Below, one piece after another: positions 26,523 through 41,091 of a DNA stretch of 64,000 nucleotides (the first letter of the stretch is position 1; every line of letters starts with the position of its first letter). Made by a program: the position numbers and the translations under genes. The stretch is from Octopus sinensis (taxonomy: Eukaryota). The stretch is from assembly GCF_006345805.1 (NCBI RefSeq), contig NC_042998.1, positions 131,502,001 to 131,566,000 of the forward strand, written 5' to 3'. Below the pieces are notes generated by a model that saw nothing but the letters and a program-made list of their open reading frames with translations, was not told the DNA's origin and did not search any database.

Positions 26523-26900
26523 AGTTATAATATAACAAGCGCCGTAAAGAGGAGCTTAGACCATCGACCGCAGCATCACAATGTGCTTTTTTTTCAATGT
26601 CGGCAGTCTATATATTTTCTGACGTCTACTGAAATCATCATATTTCTTTAGTTTTCTAGCAGTTATCAATGGTAGCTACTATTCTCTTACTTAAACTTTC
26701 TCGGTCTATGGTTAATTGGTATCGGTAAATTTAGATTTTATCGTAAGAAAATAACGGCAGTATCATTCTATATTATGTTAGCTTAAAAATGGCGTGAACT
26801 GTCTGCCAAAACACCTTGCGATTTGTTCAGTTACGTCCCTTTACATTCTAAATTGAAATCCCGCCAAAAGTCGGCTTCGCCTTTCATCCCTTTGGACTTG

Positions 26901-26931
<31 letters not shown>

Positions 26932-26996
26932 CATACACGCATACACACGCGCGCACTCACACACACACACGCACACACACACACACAACACACACA

Positions 26997-27055
<59 letters not shown>

Positions 27056-28739
27056 GTAGCGGGCAAGTACTAGCTTCTATTTCATCGACTTCACTCTAGC
27101 CTAAAAGTTTTTGGCTCTGTGCCAGTGAAAGAAATTCTGTTTGCGTTAAGGTTTCAAGTTAAAGTTTAAGATAAATTATATCAGCACGATAAAACAAAAC
27201 ACATAACATGATATTATTTACAGTTAAAATAATATCGTGTTATAAATTTTAGACGTTCCTATTTAAAGTTATTTAAAGTAGAAAAACAGTAATAGTAATT
27301 TCATTCCCATTTTACTATATTTTTTGTTGTTGCTTTGATTGTTTTTTGCTTTTGTTTTATGGTAGTGGGGCAGCTAAATCAATGTTTTGTAGGTAGTACT
27401 GTATTCGACCGATTGTTAGCTTTATAAAACATTTTGACAATCATATACCGTTGATAACGCACATATGCATAATGTCAAGAACTCGGATATGCAACGTTGG
27501 GAACTCACATATAATGATTTGACAAAAATTCTAGCATTTCCCTCTAGGGTATAAAAACTAGTACTTCCCTTATCGTTTATCAACCCTCCAGTTAATCGCA
27601 CGCTGGAATATTTTCATATTTAGGTTGGTACTGCAGCTAAACAAAAATATTCTAAACAGAGTCGGCTGATTGGCAAAGATAACATTCGCCAACATGCTAT
27701 AACTGGCTGACAGGCATGCATATTCTATGTTGCCTGTTCTACTGTCATTACAACTTCTTATTCCAAACACCTTAATTTTCAATTGACACAGCCTTGTCAT
27801 CAAATACTGTATCTCCTTCAGAAATTGCACTTTCGTTAAACACTTTTCACAATCTTTTGTTCCAGGAACTGAGAATTTTACTCCATCCGCTTTTATTTCT
27901 TCTATACGCCATTTTAGAAAAGTTCAAACACAACATCAACACATTCATCTCACCTGTCTGTGCGGGCCATAACAAATCATTAGATTGTCATTCCCAAACC
28001 CATTTAATTACGAGCGAGAAAAAGTTGGAAGCGTAAAAACGAAATCAAGGTGATTTGAACCGAAGGCTATTCTGAAATTTCATATTGTTCACTATTCGTG
28101 CTGCAAAATTACAATTATACTTTAAATCCTATTATTAAAGTAACGTTTACGGTGTGGTTGGTAGCTTTATTAAGCTATTTTTGTTCTGAATTTTGTGTAA
28201 ACATATGTAATCATTTAATATAAACAGTATTTAAATATGAGCTACTTATAGTTTCGTACTGTGGAAGCAGTATAAGTTGGCAAATTTGTATATCATGGTT
28301 TGGGTATTATTTGATAAAAAAAAAGAGGCTGGTTTATAAGAAAACGCGAGGAAAAGGGTGGAATCAGAAAAGGCAGAACGAGAAAACAAAAATTTAATAA
28401 AAACGAGAAAAGAAAGAAAGGAAAGAAAACCAAGAGTGGGTCCCCGTTATCCATCGAAATCATAATTAATCTAGCAGGTGTAGAGTAATTCAACGGACGG
28501 ACAGGAGGCTAACGTCTGTAATACAATACAGAGATGGAGTTGTCTCCCAGCTAGACTAGAAAGAATTATCCATGTGCTTGCATTTGCTAAAAAATTTAGG
28601 ATCTAGAATTAAGTAGTGTAGTGTAATTCTTGGATCTAAAACGAATTTCAAATCTTTCGGCTACACATGTTTTGCATGTTTTTGATCAATTTACATAAGG
28701 TAAGATTTCTTCAAGATGTTCCACTTCATTGTATATGGT

Positions 28740-29130
28740 GCGCATTTGATCTTTAGATCCTATATATGGCTAGCCAATATTATAGCTTGTCATTGTCCAT
28801 GTTTCGGAAAGAAGATTTGATTCGTGCATCTTCTTTTAAAATAGTTTTTGCATAAACTGACTGAATTGTTTTTCTTTTGATTTCATTATCTTGAAGCACT
28901 ACGAGATAGTGTTTATTAAGTATGCCTGATAGAGAGGTTAAACTTCAGGGTCTCGACTGTTACAGCTAGGAGTGGGCTCTTGGAATGACTTGCGATTGAG
29001 AATGTCCTTTAGAACCTATACGAAAATTTTCCGTTCGTCTATTAACAATCTTCTTGTACTTATGATTTACTGAGAAATGTTTATCAAATTGTTATATCGC
29101 ACGTTAGGATGACCTCTATTCAACTCTGAC
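28740..29130 (-). mobile_element. Old Penelope-like relic (thumb/linker and GIY-YIG region)
   Basis: Minus-strand peptide patches DKHFSVNHKYKKIVNRR, CNSRDP and KSSFRN resemble the PLE motifs HKY.KIFNRN, CNCR and NHKSSF; many stops and frameshifts. Confidence 0.5.
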
Positions 29131-29877
29131 GTCTAGACTTCTCCTTCTATATCTACGTATTGGGCTAGCCTACTTCATCGTCTGGGGGCGTCCACATAAC
29201 ACAAATAATGCCAGGAATTTTTTGCTTATGTTAATCTTAGTATTCAAAGAGAAAAGGAGCAAACCATATTATTTTCCTGGGTCTCTTAATATGAGCATAT
29301 AATATGGTTAATCTCCCATCAAGGATTTTGTTTTGGGTGATAAATACTTTTTTTTTTTTTTTTTGCTTTTATGGAATATTTGTGTATGAGTGTGTAGTGA
29401 GCAACATGTCTCATAATATATTCCGGGTTATCTGTTTCTTCCTTCGTTTAAATGTGTGCATATGCATAAGCATCTGCATGGGTATATTTTGCGTATGAGG
29501 TTTGGAAAGTTATTCCGAGTTAGTGGCCCAAGGATTATGTGAGTTTGGATGCAAAATGTGTGTGAATTGCTTTTTTATGTATATGTATATGTACACATGA
29601 ATGTAAACCAATGTGTGTGTGAATATATATATATACATCTGTATATATACCTACGTGCACTCATACACACACACACATACACATTCGCATGCTCACGCAT
29701 GTATGTGTGGAATCCTCGGGTGCATATAATATAATATAGTACAATGAGCTGATAGTTAAATTCATCAAACAATTGAGATATTCATATAGGAATTCGGTGA
29801 AAGGTCCATTCATGGATATTTAATTATACACATGCACACACACACACACACACACTCACTCACATATACATACATAT

Positions 29878-29878
29878 G

Positions 29879-29965
<87 letters not shown>
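29878..29965. repeat. (GATA)n microsatellite
   Basis: Directly visible. Confidence 0.95.
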
Positions 29966-30411
29966 ATTGCTAAAGTTCACAATAATCCGTACATGTGTAT
30001 TCACACACACACACACATAAACATACGTCTTTGAACTTTCATCTCCTGAAAATTCTTGTTTCCGGCTTATTTTTCTTATTTATCTACGTATTTTTAAATA
30101 CTTTGTGTCTAACCTCAGGCTTTTAACCTCAAAATAGCTTATCATTTATAATTGATACTGTCATTTATCCTCGCTAAAATAGCTAAAGCATTTTCCTAAT
30201 TAGAAATTTAGCTTATAAGTCATCTAATTAAATAAAATACCACCATCAAAATATAGTTATTAAGAAGCCATATTCTTAGCGTATGATGTATCACATTCTG
30301 TTTCCTAATTTATACGATATGCTGTATAGCGATCTGAGGACACAAATTATGTTAAGTCCTATTACATGCATGTACATATGCACTCACTATCATATTGTTC
30401 CAACATATAGT

Positions 30412-30570
30412 GCAGGCGTGGCTGTGTGGTAAGAAGCATGCTTCCCAACCACATGGTTCCGAGTTCAGTCCCATTGCGTAACATCTTGGTCAAGTGTCTT
30501 CTACTATAGCAACCGGCCGACCAGATCCTTGTGAGTGGAATTGGTAGACGGAAACTAAAAGAAGTCCGTC

Positions 30571-30603
<33 letters not shown>

Positions 30604-30674
30604 AGTGTAACCTTGTGTCTGTGTTTGTCATCCCCACCCCCACCGCTTGACAACTGATGCTGGTGTGTTTACGT
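30412..30674 (+). mobile_element. Family B SINE, 3'-truncated at the LINE junction
   Basis: caggcgtggctgtgtggtaag...ggttccgagttcagtccc...gctggtgtgtttacgt, then an abrupt switch to LINE sequence. Confidence 0.85.
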
Positions 30675-31376
30675 TTGCAGTCCTTTCAAACGCGTCCACC
30701 ACACACATTCTTTCGCCATAGCCATCAGCGTAACGAAAACCGTTCTCTCTTCCCGTTTAAAGGAAGGTGGTGGAACAATATTCACGATAGACTCAGCTGA
30801 TGGGCGGGCCCGACCTACACGTGACAACAGCTGTTCGACGAAGGTCCGCAGCTCTGAAATATCTGGACACTGCACGAGTGCGTGCAGAACGGTTTCGTCG
30901 CTCTGACTGCATCTCGGGCAGGTCGGTCCGGTGATGGTTTTCGAACCGTGCCTGTAGCTCTTCTCTCGAACAGGTAGTGCGTCTCGATAGCACTGCCAAG
31001 CCAGGGTTTTCTGGAAGTTATCCATAGGCCCCGGCCCGAACGTCGTCTTGAACAGGCGGGTTAGTCCTCTATAGAACGCTTTAGTCGTTTGTAAGTTGCA
31101 CAAGTATGACCCCGGTCGGCAGAGCTGCTGCAGAGCTTGGCGACACTCTCGGTGCCAATCGCCCAGTTTCGGTCTCTTCTTGATCCACGTTTGCAGTTCG
31201 GTCAGTGAGACGAGCTGCGGGAAGGCGCGCCTCACAAACGGCGACCACACCTGTTCACCGTCGTCGATGAAGTTCCAGAGATGTCGCAGTCTCAGCGCAT
31301 GCCTGCGCATCATCAACCACGGCATGCCCAGTCCTCCATTCAACGGATGCTGACAGCAAATGGACTTCCTCACCAT
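30669..31376 (-). pseudogene. Tx1 ORF2 C-terminal region with CCHC (zf-RVT-like) motif
   Basis: KTLAWQCYRDALPVR, CPRCSQSDETVLHALVQC and MAKECVWWTR. Confidence 0.9.
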
Positions 31377-31656
31377 CGGAACGCCACCCTTCCACAGGAA
31401 GCGAAAGAGTATGCGTTCCAGTTTGGTGATGGTGGCGTCGGGACAAGGTAGACGGTACAGGCGGTGGCTAATCGATGACGGATGCGATGTACGCGTTCGC
31501 CACCTCCGCCCGACCTTTTAGAGACAGCTTTCTCTCGGCCATGTTTGGCTGAGAGCGACCACTCTACTCGTGATCTCGTCCCGGTTCTTATCCATTTGGA
31601 GGTCCGGACTGAACCACCCCCGAGCAATTTAACCGGTCCGTCCGTCCAGCGTCCCA

Positions 31657-32304
31657 CTACTGAGCCGCAGTCGGACGGCATGGCTTGCTTCTCCAGGTGC
31701 CGAGTAGCAAACCCACTGACTTTTCCGGGTTAATCTTCGCTCCCTTCACCGTTTCGTATTTTCTTAGTGTCTCGCCTATGATCTGGATGTGTTTGTCGCT
31801 CGACGCTATGACGGTGACATCGTCCGCATAGGCCGACACGCTCGTCCCGCAACCCAGTTCCCGTGGGATGCCCTTCGGTGTCGCCAGCTTCTGCAGTAGC
31901 GGCTCGAGAGTCAATACATACAGAAGCGCCGACAGGGGACACCCCTGACAGACCGAATGCGTGATGTCAAACGGTTTCGACAGGTGACCGTTCACCCGAA
32001 TCACCGATCGGATGCCGCTATACAAGGCAGCGATCCAACCGCGGAAGACGAGACCGAAGCCAGCCGCCTTGAGGACGGCCGCCAAGTACCGATGGTCGAC
32101 CCTATCGAAGGCTTTAGACTGATCCAAATTGATCAGCGCCCCACCCATGCCAGGATCCTTAACTACCCTGTCCACAATGTAGCGCATCAGATGGAGGTTG
32201 TCATGTATGGTTCTGCCCGGCACGGCGCATGCTTGCGCCCTGTCGACCAGTTTACCAATGACAAGCGCCAACCTCTCGGCTAATACTTTGGCCAAAATTT
32301 TCAA
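31657..32304 (-). pseudogene. Tx1 ORF2 reverse transcriptase domain (N-terminal part deleted near 32300)
   Basis: KILAKVLAERL, NLDQSKAFDRVDH, VCQGCPLSALLYVLTLEPL, SAYADDVTV and GAKINPEKS. Confidence 0.95.
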
Positions 32305-32997
32305 ATCCGAACCACCACTCGCACAAACAGTCGAGCAAAGTGCTGTTGAAAGGCCTCACACATCCTTTCGGGTTCGAGTAAACTGCATCCCTGTTGATCT
32401 ATTAGAGACCGAATGGTGGCTCTGTTGCCACGCTGCGCCTCTGCTACCCGGGCCTCTCGCGCAGCTTCGATCCCTTCGTTCCTTAAGGCACGCATTTAAC
32501 TCTGACGACGCAACCTTCGTGCTTGGCGTTGAGGTGTTGGTCGAGGGCCATCCTCGCAGCCAGCACGTTGGTTGCGCTGCCAGTGGTAAGTGCCTCTTCT
32601 AGTTTCTTAACCAGGTCTCTCTCTACTCTATTTCGATCTATCGCTAATTCCTGCTAACCTAATTGATTCCGATTGTATTGCCATTTTCAGGGCGTACCCC
32701 AGCGTTGTTAACGACGGCTCCCGTCAGCGCCTTCTTAATTAACTCGCTAATCCGGTTCCTGTAAACCTGTCGCGCTAAGAGCGACGTGTTCAGTTTCAGT
32801 AACGGACCCGTCTATGTGTCTTATCTAAGTCGAGCGTACACGTCACAAATTTGTGATCTGTGTAGCTGACTATTTTAAATTGTGGACATCCTACACTATC
32901 CCTATCCGCTGTCCTGCTAGAATTCTATCTAGATAAGATCTCGACGATCCGACGCGGTTTGTCCAAGTCCACGTTGGCACGTTTCGGAATGGTCGAG

Positions 32998-33579
32998 TCA
33001 GAACCTGTCAGACAAATGGAAACGTCTGAGTAGGTCTTTGAGGCACTTACATCTCCTTCTATTCCTATCCATTCCCACATAATCTAGATGCGTGTCCAAG
33101 GTAGCGTTCCAATCCCCTACTAACAGTAAAGGTCTAGACGTACCCAGGAAAACCTCTAGGTGTCTGGAGAAATCCGCCCGACCCGTTAAGGACGGTGCAT
33201 AAACTGCCATCAGACGGAATGCACACCCATTTCTGCCATCCACGTCCAAGACAACCAGCCTACCCTCCGGGTCTAAGAATATTGTTCTTACTTTTACATT
33301 TAGACTCTTTCGAAAAAGCACCGCGGTACCTCCACCACCCATGTTCGGCAGACAGGTAAAAAAATAAATGTCGAATTGATCGCCAAACATGGACGCGAGG
33401 GCCCGCGGCTTGCTGAGTCTGGTTTCACTGATAGCTACTATATCCACGTTCAGTGACTTGATGTCGTTTAGAAGGTAACCTTGCTTCCAAGCCGACGCAT
33501 TCACACAACCTAATTTAAGCATCATTGACGTTGACGAAAATTGTGTTTCACACACTACATTGGAAGAGACAAGAAGCAA
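32998..33579 (-). pseudogene. Tx1 ORF2 APE-type endonuclease
   Basis: DIVAISETRL, GGGGTAVLFRK, EGRLVVLDV, AVYAP, LLVGDWNATLD and LSDRF. Confidence 0.93.
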
Positions 33580-34092
33580 GAAGGAAGGTCACTTACTCAT
33601 TTCGAAAGTTTCATTTTTTTCTTCTTCTTTTGTAGTGTCTTTGATGAGGTGTTTGTATAGTTTTTGGGAGAGGTATCGTTGAAACCTGCCTACCGCATTT
33701 GGAAATATTGTTTTCAGTGCATGGTGCTGTGTTTGTGTTATGTGTACAATTCTTATGTGTTTCGGTGGTGTGGTGCACGGATGATTGTTTGTCTTAAAGT
33801 CATCTTTACAGATGTCCGTGTTGGATGCAATTTAATCCATTAATTTTTTATTGTCTGTGTCTATTGCAGTTAGTTGTGTGTGGTTTTGCGGGTTCATTGA
33901 TTTTTTTATTGTCTAGGGGGATGTTGTCCGGAGTTAAATATCTCCCTGCTTTACTTCCTTGTTTGGTGGGCTTTTTTGATCTTTTCCTTTTACCCACTGT
34001 GGCTATTTGCCATTCCGCCGAACTTTCGTCGTCCGACGAATCAGAAGGGAGTAAAGGCAAAGCATTTGCGTTAATATGTATGCTTGCAGAAA

Positions 34093-34866
34093 TTATTGAT
34101 GTCTTGTGCGGTGTTTGTGTTGTTGTGGTGTTAGGGGTAGAATTTGTCTTCTTGTCACTGTTTTCTGTCTTTTAATTGTCGTCCTCGGTGTTGGTGTTGG
34201 TCTATCTTTTGGTTCAGTATGTTGAATTGGTTGCGACGTCAACGGTGATTGTGTTGGTACTGTTTCTTTTCTTGGTAATGTTGTTGGGGTTTGTTTGCTG
34301 GTTTGTTGTTTTTCTTGGCATTGTTCCATAATTGAGTGTGTTGGTGCTGGCAACAAGGGTGTTTTATTTGTTTTCTGATTTGTTCTTTCTTGTTTTTTCT
34401 GTGCCAGAGCGCACTTGGCAATTAAATGTTCTGGGCTGCCACAGTTGTAGCATCTAGGCTTTTTGCCTTCTGCTACAACATATAGGCTTTGCCCATTTTC
34501 TAAATGGATCCTATCAGGTAGGTTCTCGATAGAGGACCCCTCAATCTGGATGGTCACTACTATTGTTTGACCACGCCAATTATCGTTTTTGTACACGGCG
34601 GTTTCTAATATATTTATCTTTTTCAAATGGTAACAGATTGCCCCTGTTATCCATTTGTTAGGTATCTTGGGGGGTACATTTTTAATGCTAATTCTACTCA
34701 CTCTCTGGCCTTTGTAATATGGTACCATGATGATTTCATCATTTTGCAAAGACTCCGTAGAGTGAGCTTTTGCCATTTCCTGGTTAGGGAAGCGGACCAC
34801 CACTGTATTAAACTGGGGACCCCAGTTTATATATTCTTTTTTTTTTTCATTATGCTTTTTAAACAC
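34093..34866 (-). pseudogene. LINE ORF1 (gag-like) with RRM-like region and CCHC zinc knuckle; extends to ~35370 and ~33850 through frameshifts
   Basis: RISIKNVPPKIP and KPRCYNCGSPEHLIAKC; upstream frame NFADTLRQKK...KIIRK and T/N-rich N-terminus; downstream SSDDESSAEWQIATVGKRKR. Confidence 0.8.
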
Positions 34867-35660
34867 TTTTCTATGCCCGTTTTTGTAATCTGTTCATTTA
34901 GTTTTTTGTTTTTTCTTATAATTTTATATATAATTGTCTTATTTTCTATTTGTTCCTTTATGTGTTGAGGTGTATGCAGCACTAAATCCTGCCCTTTGGT
35001 TGTAAAGAGTGCTCTCGTTTCTATTAACTCTTCATTCGTAAATTTTACTATTTCTTTTTTCTGACGCAGAGTGTCAGCGAAATTTACTGGTATTGTTGAT
35101 TCTTTTATATTAACATCTTCACTATTAGATAGTAAGATATTTATTTCCTTTTTATTGTTGTTGTTGTTTTTGTTAATAGTATCCGCGTAAGTTTCATTTT
35201 TATCATTTATGTTGGTCGTGGTGGTGGTGGTGGTGGCGGAAGTGGTGGTGGTAGCAGTAGTAGTCTCGTTGTTGCTATTGTTAGTGGTGGTGGGGTGGTG
35301 GTGACAGGGCTGTTACCGCAAGTGGTTGCAGCGTTCACTACCACGTCATTCAGGTTTGCCCTTTGCGTGCATAAGTTCTTTTTTCTCCTAGCGTTTCCAG
35401 ACTAGGAAAATGCTGGTCCATAAAGGAACGCGACCAGCGTTCTACAATAAAATTTCTCGACATTTTTTAATGTCGAGAAGAAAAATGCACAAATTAAATA
35501 GGGTTGAAACTGCCCCTAGGGGCGAATTCCTCCCTTGGAAAAGCACTCAAACGAAAGTTGGGTGCCTTACACACCTAATTTACAAAAATGTACACAAACT
35601 ATGGGCTATAAATAGTCAAAATAAACGATTACCTTCGGAGCCGAGATAACAGCACGTCCG

Positions 35661-35865
<205 letters not shown>

Positions 35866-36442
35866 TATCCACAGATATACTGGTATCTATATGCATGCTA
35901 CTATATAAGGCCAAGTAAATTGTTTTTCTTACTCTACCTGCACACTTATACACACATATGTATGTGTATATGAACTTGTGTATACGTGCATCTGTGTCTA
36001 AGTATGTTCGTGTATGTACATTTATGCATTTATGTTTATATTTCTTTATTAATATGAGTATATTATGAGAATAAGTAGCTTTCCTTCTTTCCGTATATTA
36101 ATATATATATGTGTGTGTGTATGTGTGTGTATTCATGTGTGTATGTATATATGTGTGTGTGCATTTATACATATATATATATATATGCATACATATATGA
36201 ATACTGTGGCATCTGTCCCCCTGCTAGCTGGCACAGCTGTGCATTATCCAATAGAATGTTGAAATCTTTAGCCGGACTCAAGAGTCATACAAGGGCCTCA
36301 TATTGCATCATCAATGACTCATATCAATGATTCTTTCTAGCAATTGCTTTGCTCGTATACGTGAAAGCACCTACTATATATGCATATATGTATGTGCGTG
36401 TGTGCATATATATATATATCATATATATATATATATATATAT

Positions 36443-36480
<38 letters not shown>

Positions 36481-36682
36481 GCACACACACACACATATAT
36501 ATGTATGTATGTATGTATACAGACATTTGTATAGAAGTATAAAATAAGAATGAAGTCGACTTTCTAATTAAGCACCCAACACTACCATGAGGATATTTTC
36601 TTGTTTATTAATAGAACAATTCAACCAAGACGCTTTGTCAGACGTGATTTGATTTCCAAGCCACAATTCAACTTGCATATAT

Positions 36683-36727
<45 letters not shown>

Positions 36728-36739
36728 TATATACATTCT

Positions 36740-36971
36740 TTTATTCTTTTCTCTTTTAGGTATGTGACTGCGACGATGCTGGAGCAATGCCTTCATGGGA
36801 TTTTTTGAATCGAAGAAATCAACCCAAGGACTAATTCTTCCCAAGCCTAGTACTTCTAACTTACACACAACAGCATCGGTTGTCAGGCGATGGTGGGGGG
36901 AAACATAGACGCATACGTATATATATATATATATATATATATGTGTGGTGTGTGTGTTGTGTGTATGTATG

Positions 36972-37021
<50 letters not shown>

Positions 37022-37063
37022 GCATATATATGTATATATGTATATATATGTACATATATATAT

Positions 37064-37105
<42 letters not shown>

Positions 37106-37250
37106 TACATATATGCATATATATATATATACATATACACGACGGCTTCTCTCAGTTTCAGTCTACTAATTTCACTCAAGGCTTTAGTCGTACCGAGGAA
37201 CCATGTGGTTGGGAAGCAAGCTTCTTATCACACAGCCAAGCCACGCCTGT
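36740..37250 (-). mobile_element. Family B SINE with expanded internal (TA)n
   Basis: Head at 37140-37250 (ggcgtggcttggctgtgtgataag on minus) and tail at 36740-36900. Confidence 0.7.
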
Positions 37251-37292
37251 ACCTATAAAAAAATTTTCTAGTGATATATATATATGTATATA

Positions 37293-37328
<36 letters not shown>

Positions 37329-37371
37329 TGTAGGTATGTAGGTATGTATGTAGGTATGTAGGTATGTATGC

Positions 37372-37406
<35 letters not shown>

Positions 37407-37635
37407 ATATATATATATTGTACAAGCTTCCATACAATTTCTGTTTTCAAAAATTTCGAGATACGTCTTCTCTCTCGATGCCACCCACTTGCACAGGGAC
37501 TATGCCGTGACATAGAAACTACACTTAATTACAAGACTCTCAGGTAAACTTCTTAACATACTTAGATAGAAACAGAGCCTGGTTTAAGAGGAGATAAGTA
37601 TTATATACCTATTGAAGATATTGATACAATAAATA

Positions 37636-37960
37636 GTGGAGGCGCAATGGCCCAGTGGTTAGGGCAGCGGACTCACGGTCGTAGGACCGCGGTTTCGATT
37701 CCCAGACCGGGCGTTGTGAGTGTTTATTGAGCGAAAACACCTAAAGCTCCACGAGGCTCCGGCAGGGATGGCGGTGATCCCTGCTGTACTCTTTCACCAC
37801 AACTTTCTCTCACTCTTACTTCCTGTTTTTATTGTACCTGTATTTAAGGGTACACGTGTCTGTGGAGTGTTCAGCTACTTACACGTTAATTTCACGAGCA
37901 GGCTGTTCCGTTGATCGGATCAACCGGAACCCTTGTCGTCGTAACCGACGGAGTGTTTCC
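37636..37960 (+). mobile_element. Family C SINE (small internal deletion)
   Basis: gtggaggcgcaatggcccagtggttagggcagcggac...ggtttcgattcccagacc...gtcgtaaccgacggagtg. Confidence 0.9.
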
Positions 37961-38583
37961 ACAATAAATACGTTATGTTTGTATGCCTCTACATTTTATG
38001 TGTTCGTGTGTATGAGTGTGTGAGTGTGTTTGTGCATGTGTGTACTACATTTATGCAATGATATCAGTATATGCTTACGTATCCGTACATCGGTTGTATT
38101 ATTAACATGTATGCTTATGCATACGGAACAACACAGCCACAGAACTACACGCACGCACACACACACACACACACATACACAAACATACAACAACTTATAC
38201 ACACTAAATTTTGCCTCCGTATTATTTGTTTCATGTATACTCTCTCTTTCTCACTCACTTTTTCTCTTAGACACTTGTATAGTTATATACATACATACGA
38301 ACTCATACACACACACACATATACATACTTACATACAAACGTATGTGTATATATATATATATGTCTGTGTGTATGTGTATATTTATATATATATATATGT
38401 ATATATATGTGTGTGTGTGTGTGTGTGTGAATATGCATGTGTATGTATTTATATATGTGTGTGTGTGTATATATATGTATAAAGTGGTACGTATATACAT
38501 ACATACACACATGCATGCATACATACATACATATATACATACATATATACATACATACATGCATACATACATACATACATACA

Positions 38584-38615
<32 letters not shown>

Positions 38616-39539
38616 CAGACATGCTCCCAAATAACATCGCAGTGACATTTCTTGTCACTCTGCATCGCGAGGAAGAAATTTTGGAACAAACAGTCTGTTT
38701 CTGTAGAAGCTTCCAGCATAAGAAGACATTTTGACTCCACGGTACCTTATTTTATAGAACTACTCACACTCAGCCAGTCAAGCAAACCAATAGTAACCAA
38801 TAAACAGTCACCGCATTTGACGGCCAAAGGAAGCAAACCGACCGACCAGCCAGCCAACCAACTTTATTATACCTCCATATTTTCATGGAGAGTGTGCAGT
38901 AAATTGTTGTTGTTGTGATGGTGGTGTTGGTGGTGGTGGCGGTGGTTCTCGGAATTTTGTTATGGTTTATTGCAATGTTGCATAATGTCAAAAGACAGTT
39001 TATCAGACGTACGGTTGCATCATGTCTGTGGCATAGATAACAACGCCATTACAATGCATATACGATGCATGTTGCTAATCTACATTTAGAAGAAAGTGGA
39101 AGAAACAGCAACAGTAAAAACAACAACTGCAACAACAAGAACAATAATAACATCGACCAATGCATATGTGCACGTGGCCGTTACTGGGTGTATACGCATG
39201 TGCGCACTTGTGTGTCTATGTTTATATGAGCTTACGGTAGCCATGATGGACGTTTTACTTAAAATGCAACTGTGATTTTAATGAACTGAAATGCACGACT
39301 GGTTTACTTTCTGAATGTATATTTATGCGGTCATGTGTGTATGTATGTATGTATTATGTATGTAAATTCACGTGTGTTTGGATGTGCTTGTGGAGAACAG
39401 TGATTAATGATGATATTGGCAGTAATAGTTATTTTTATAGACATCGTTGCTGTACCAGTAGTGATGTTAATGGAATCGGCAGGAGACCAATATTTGACGT
39501 TTGTTTAAAATAAGATTAGCGCAGCAATAAGACCTGTTT

Positions 39540-40160
39540 CTAATTTAGGCACAAAAGGGTTTTAGTCGAAACTATTGTCTCCAGTACGTGACTGGCACTA
39601 TATTTTATCGACCCTGGAGGGAAAGTGAGCAGAGCTAATCTCGGCAGGGTTTGAACTTAGAACGTAAGGAATTGGAGGAAATACCATTTTGACATTTTGT
39701 CCAATACTGAACTGATTCTGCTAGTCCACAGCCCTTAACTGCAGCGATAATAATTGTTCATCTTTTGGTACGAGGCCAACAGCGACCTCAGTACTTTACT
39801 GGTACTTATTTTATCGACTCCAAAAAGGATGAAAATCAAAGTTGACATAGGTGGAATTTAAACTCAGGAACTACAGACGGACGAAATGCCGCTAAGCATT
39901 TATTCCGGCATATTAATGATTTTGTCAGCTCACCACCTTAAATAATAATGGTTTCAAATTTTGGCACAAGGATAGTAATTTTGAGGGATGGGGTAAGTCG
40001 ATTACATCGAACCCAGAGCTCAAATGGCACTTATTTTATTGACTATGAAAGGATGAATGGCAAAGACGGCAGAATTTTAACTCAGAACGTACTGACGGAC
40101 AAAATGCCGCTATTCATTTTGTCTGGCGAGCGAACGATTTTGCCAGCTCGCCACCTTCGG
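39540..40160 (-). mobile_element. Three diverged family A SINEs in tandem
   Basis: Repeated ttttatcgac...aggatgaa...gaatttaaactcag...gaaatgccgcta blocks at ~39600, ~39810 and ~40030. Confidence 0.75.
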
Positions 40161-41091
40161 CTGAAATCCATGGGCAATATTCAAGACAGAACAGAAACAA
40201 TGTTTTGCATTCTACGAACGGATTGAGTAAATGGGTGACGGTTCCATCAGTGTCTCTAATGATTACATGACTATCACTGATACAGTATGCTAATGTAGTA
40301 CCGATGCGATGTAGGCATTCGCCACCTTCATCTGATCTTCCTAGGGTAGCCACATATCAGATTAATGTTGGGTAAGATTACCAAAAATAGGTCGTCACCT
40401 ACTTCTGATTTTTCACTATTTAAGGAGTCTTTAAAAACTTAGAGAGAAAGTTAACATGAACTACTCCTCCCCCACCTCAAAAAAAAAAGAATAAAAAATG
40501 CAGCAAAAAACTAGCGAAAAAATATCAAAAGTGCAAAAGGAAGAAATTAACTTCAATAATAAAAGACATTCCAGAATATATTTTTCTCACAAAATTATTT
40601 ACGATCACCGCACGAATTCAGTACAAAACTGGAACTTCTCAACTATGACGTGTTATTTTTTTATGGAAAAGTGTGTCAAAATTCTAAACTGCCATCGATT
40701 TCTACTCTCCAAATCAATCAATTCTGATAGTGAAATAAATCATTTAATAGAAGAGCTAAACCCTTGGAAAGAATGTGATACATTAGAATCCGAAAGCGGT
40801 GACAGCAAAGAGGTAAACAATGGAAACATGAATGAGAAATTATGAATACAAAGTATAAACGAAATACATCTCAATAATTATTTCTAATTTAGGCACAAGA
40901 CCAGCAGTTTTGAGGAGATGGGATTGACATGACTTTAATTTCTCAACCACGGAGGCCTCAAAGACGAAGTAAACCACAATGAGATTCAAATGGTATGTGT
41001 CCAAATGCCACATTAGGTACATAAAACCTTACCAATCCTGTCATCAAAAACGAACGTTCATGAATATGAGTTACCGAATACCAGTTTTATT

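Larger units (their letters stand above)
30675..35660 (-). mobile_element. Degraded L1/Tx1-clade LINE (5' UTR, ORF1, ORF2), internally deleted and 3'-truncated
   Basis: Colinear ORF1 with CCHC, APE endonuclease, RT and zf-RVT-like segments in canonical order on the minus strand; the 5' boundary at the (GATA)n tract is inferred. Confidence 0.85.

Noticed and set aside
27570-27900. Minus-strand open frame AYREIKADGVKFSVPGTKDCEKCLTKVQFLKEIQY...
   Set aside because: No recognisable domain and no convincing splice sites
30793-32602. Antisense and alternative-frame ORFs over the Tx1 ORF2
   Set aside because: Shadow ORFs of a GC-rich coding region
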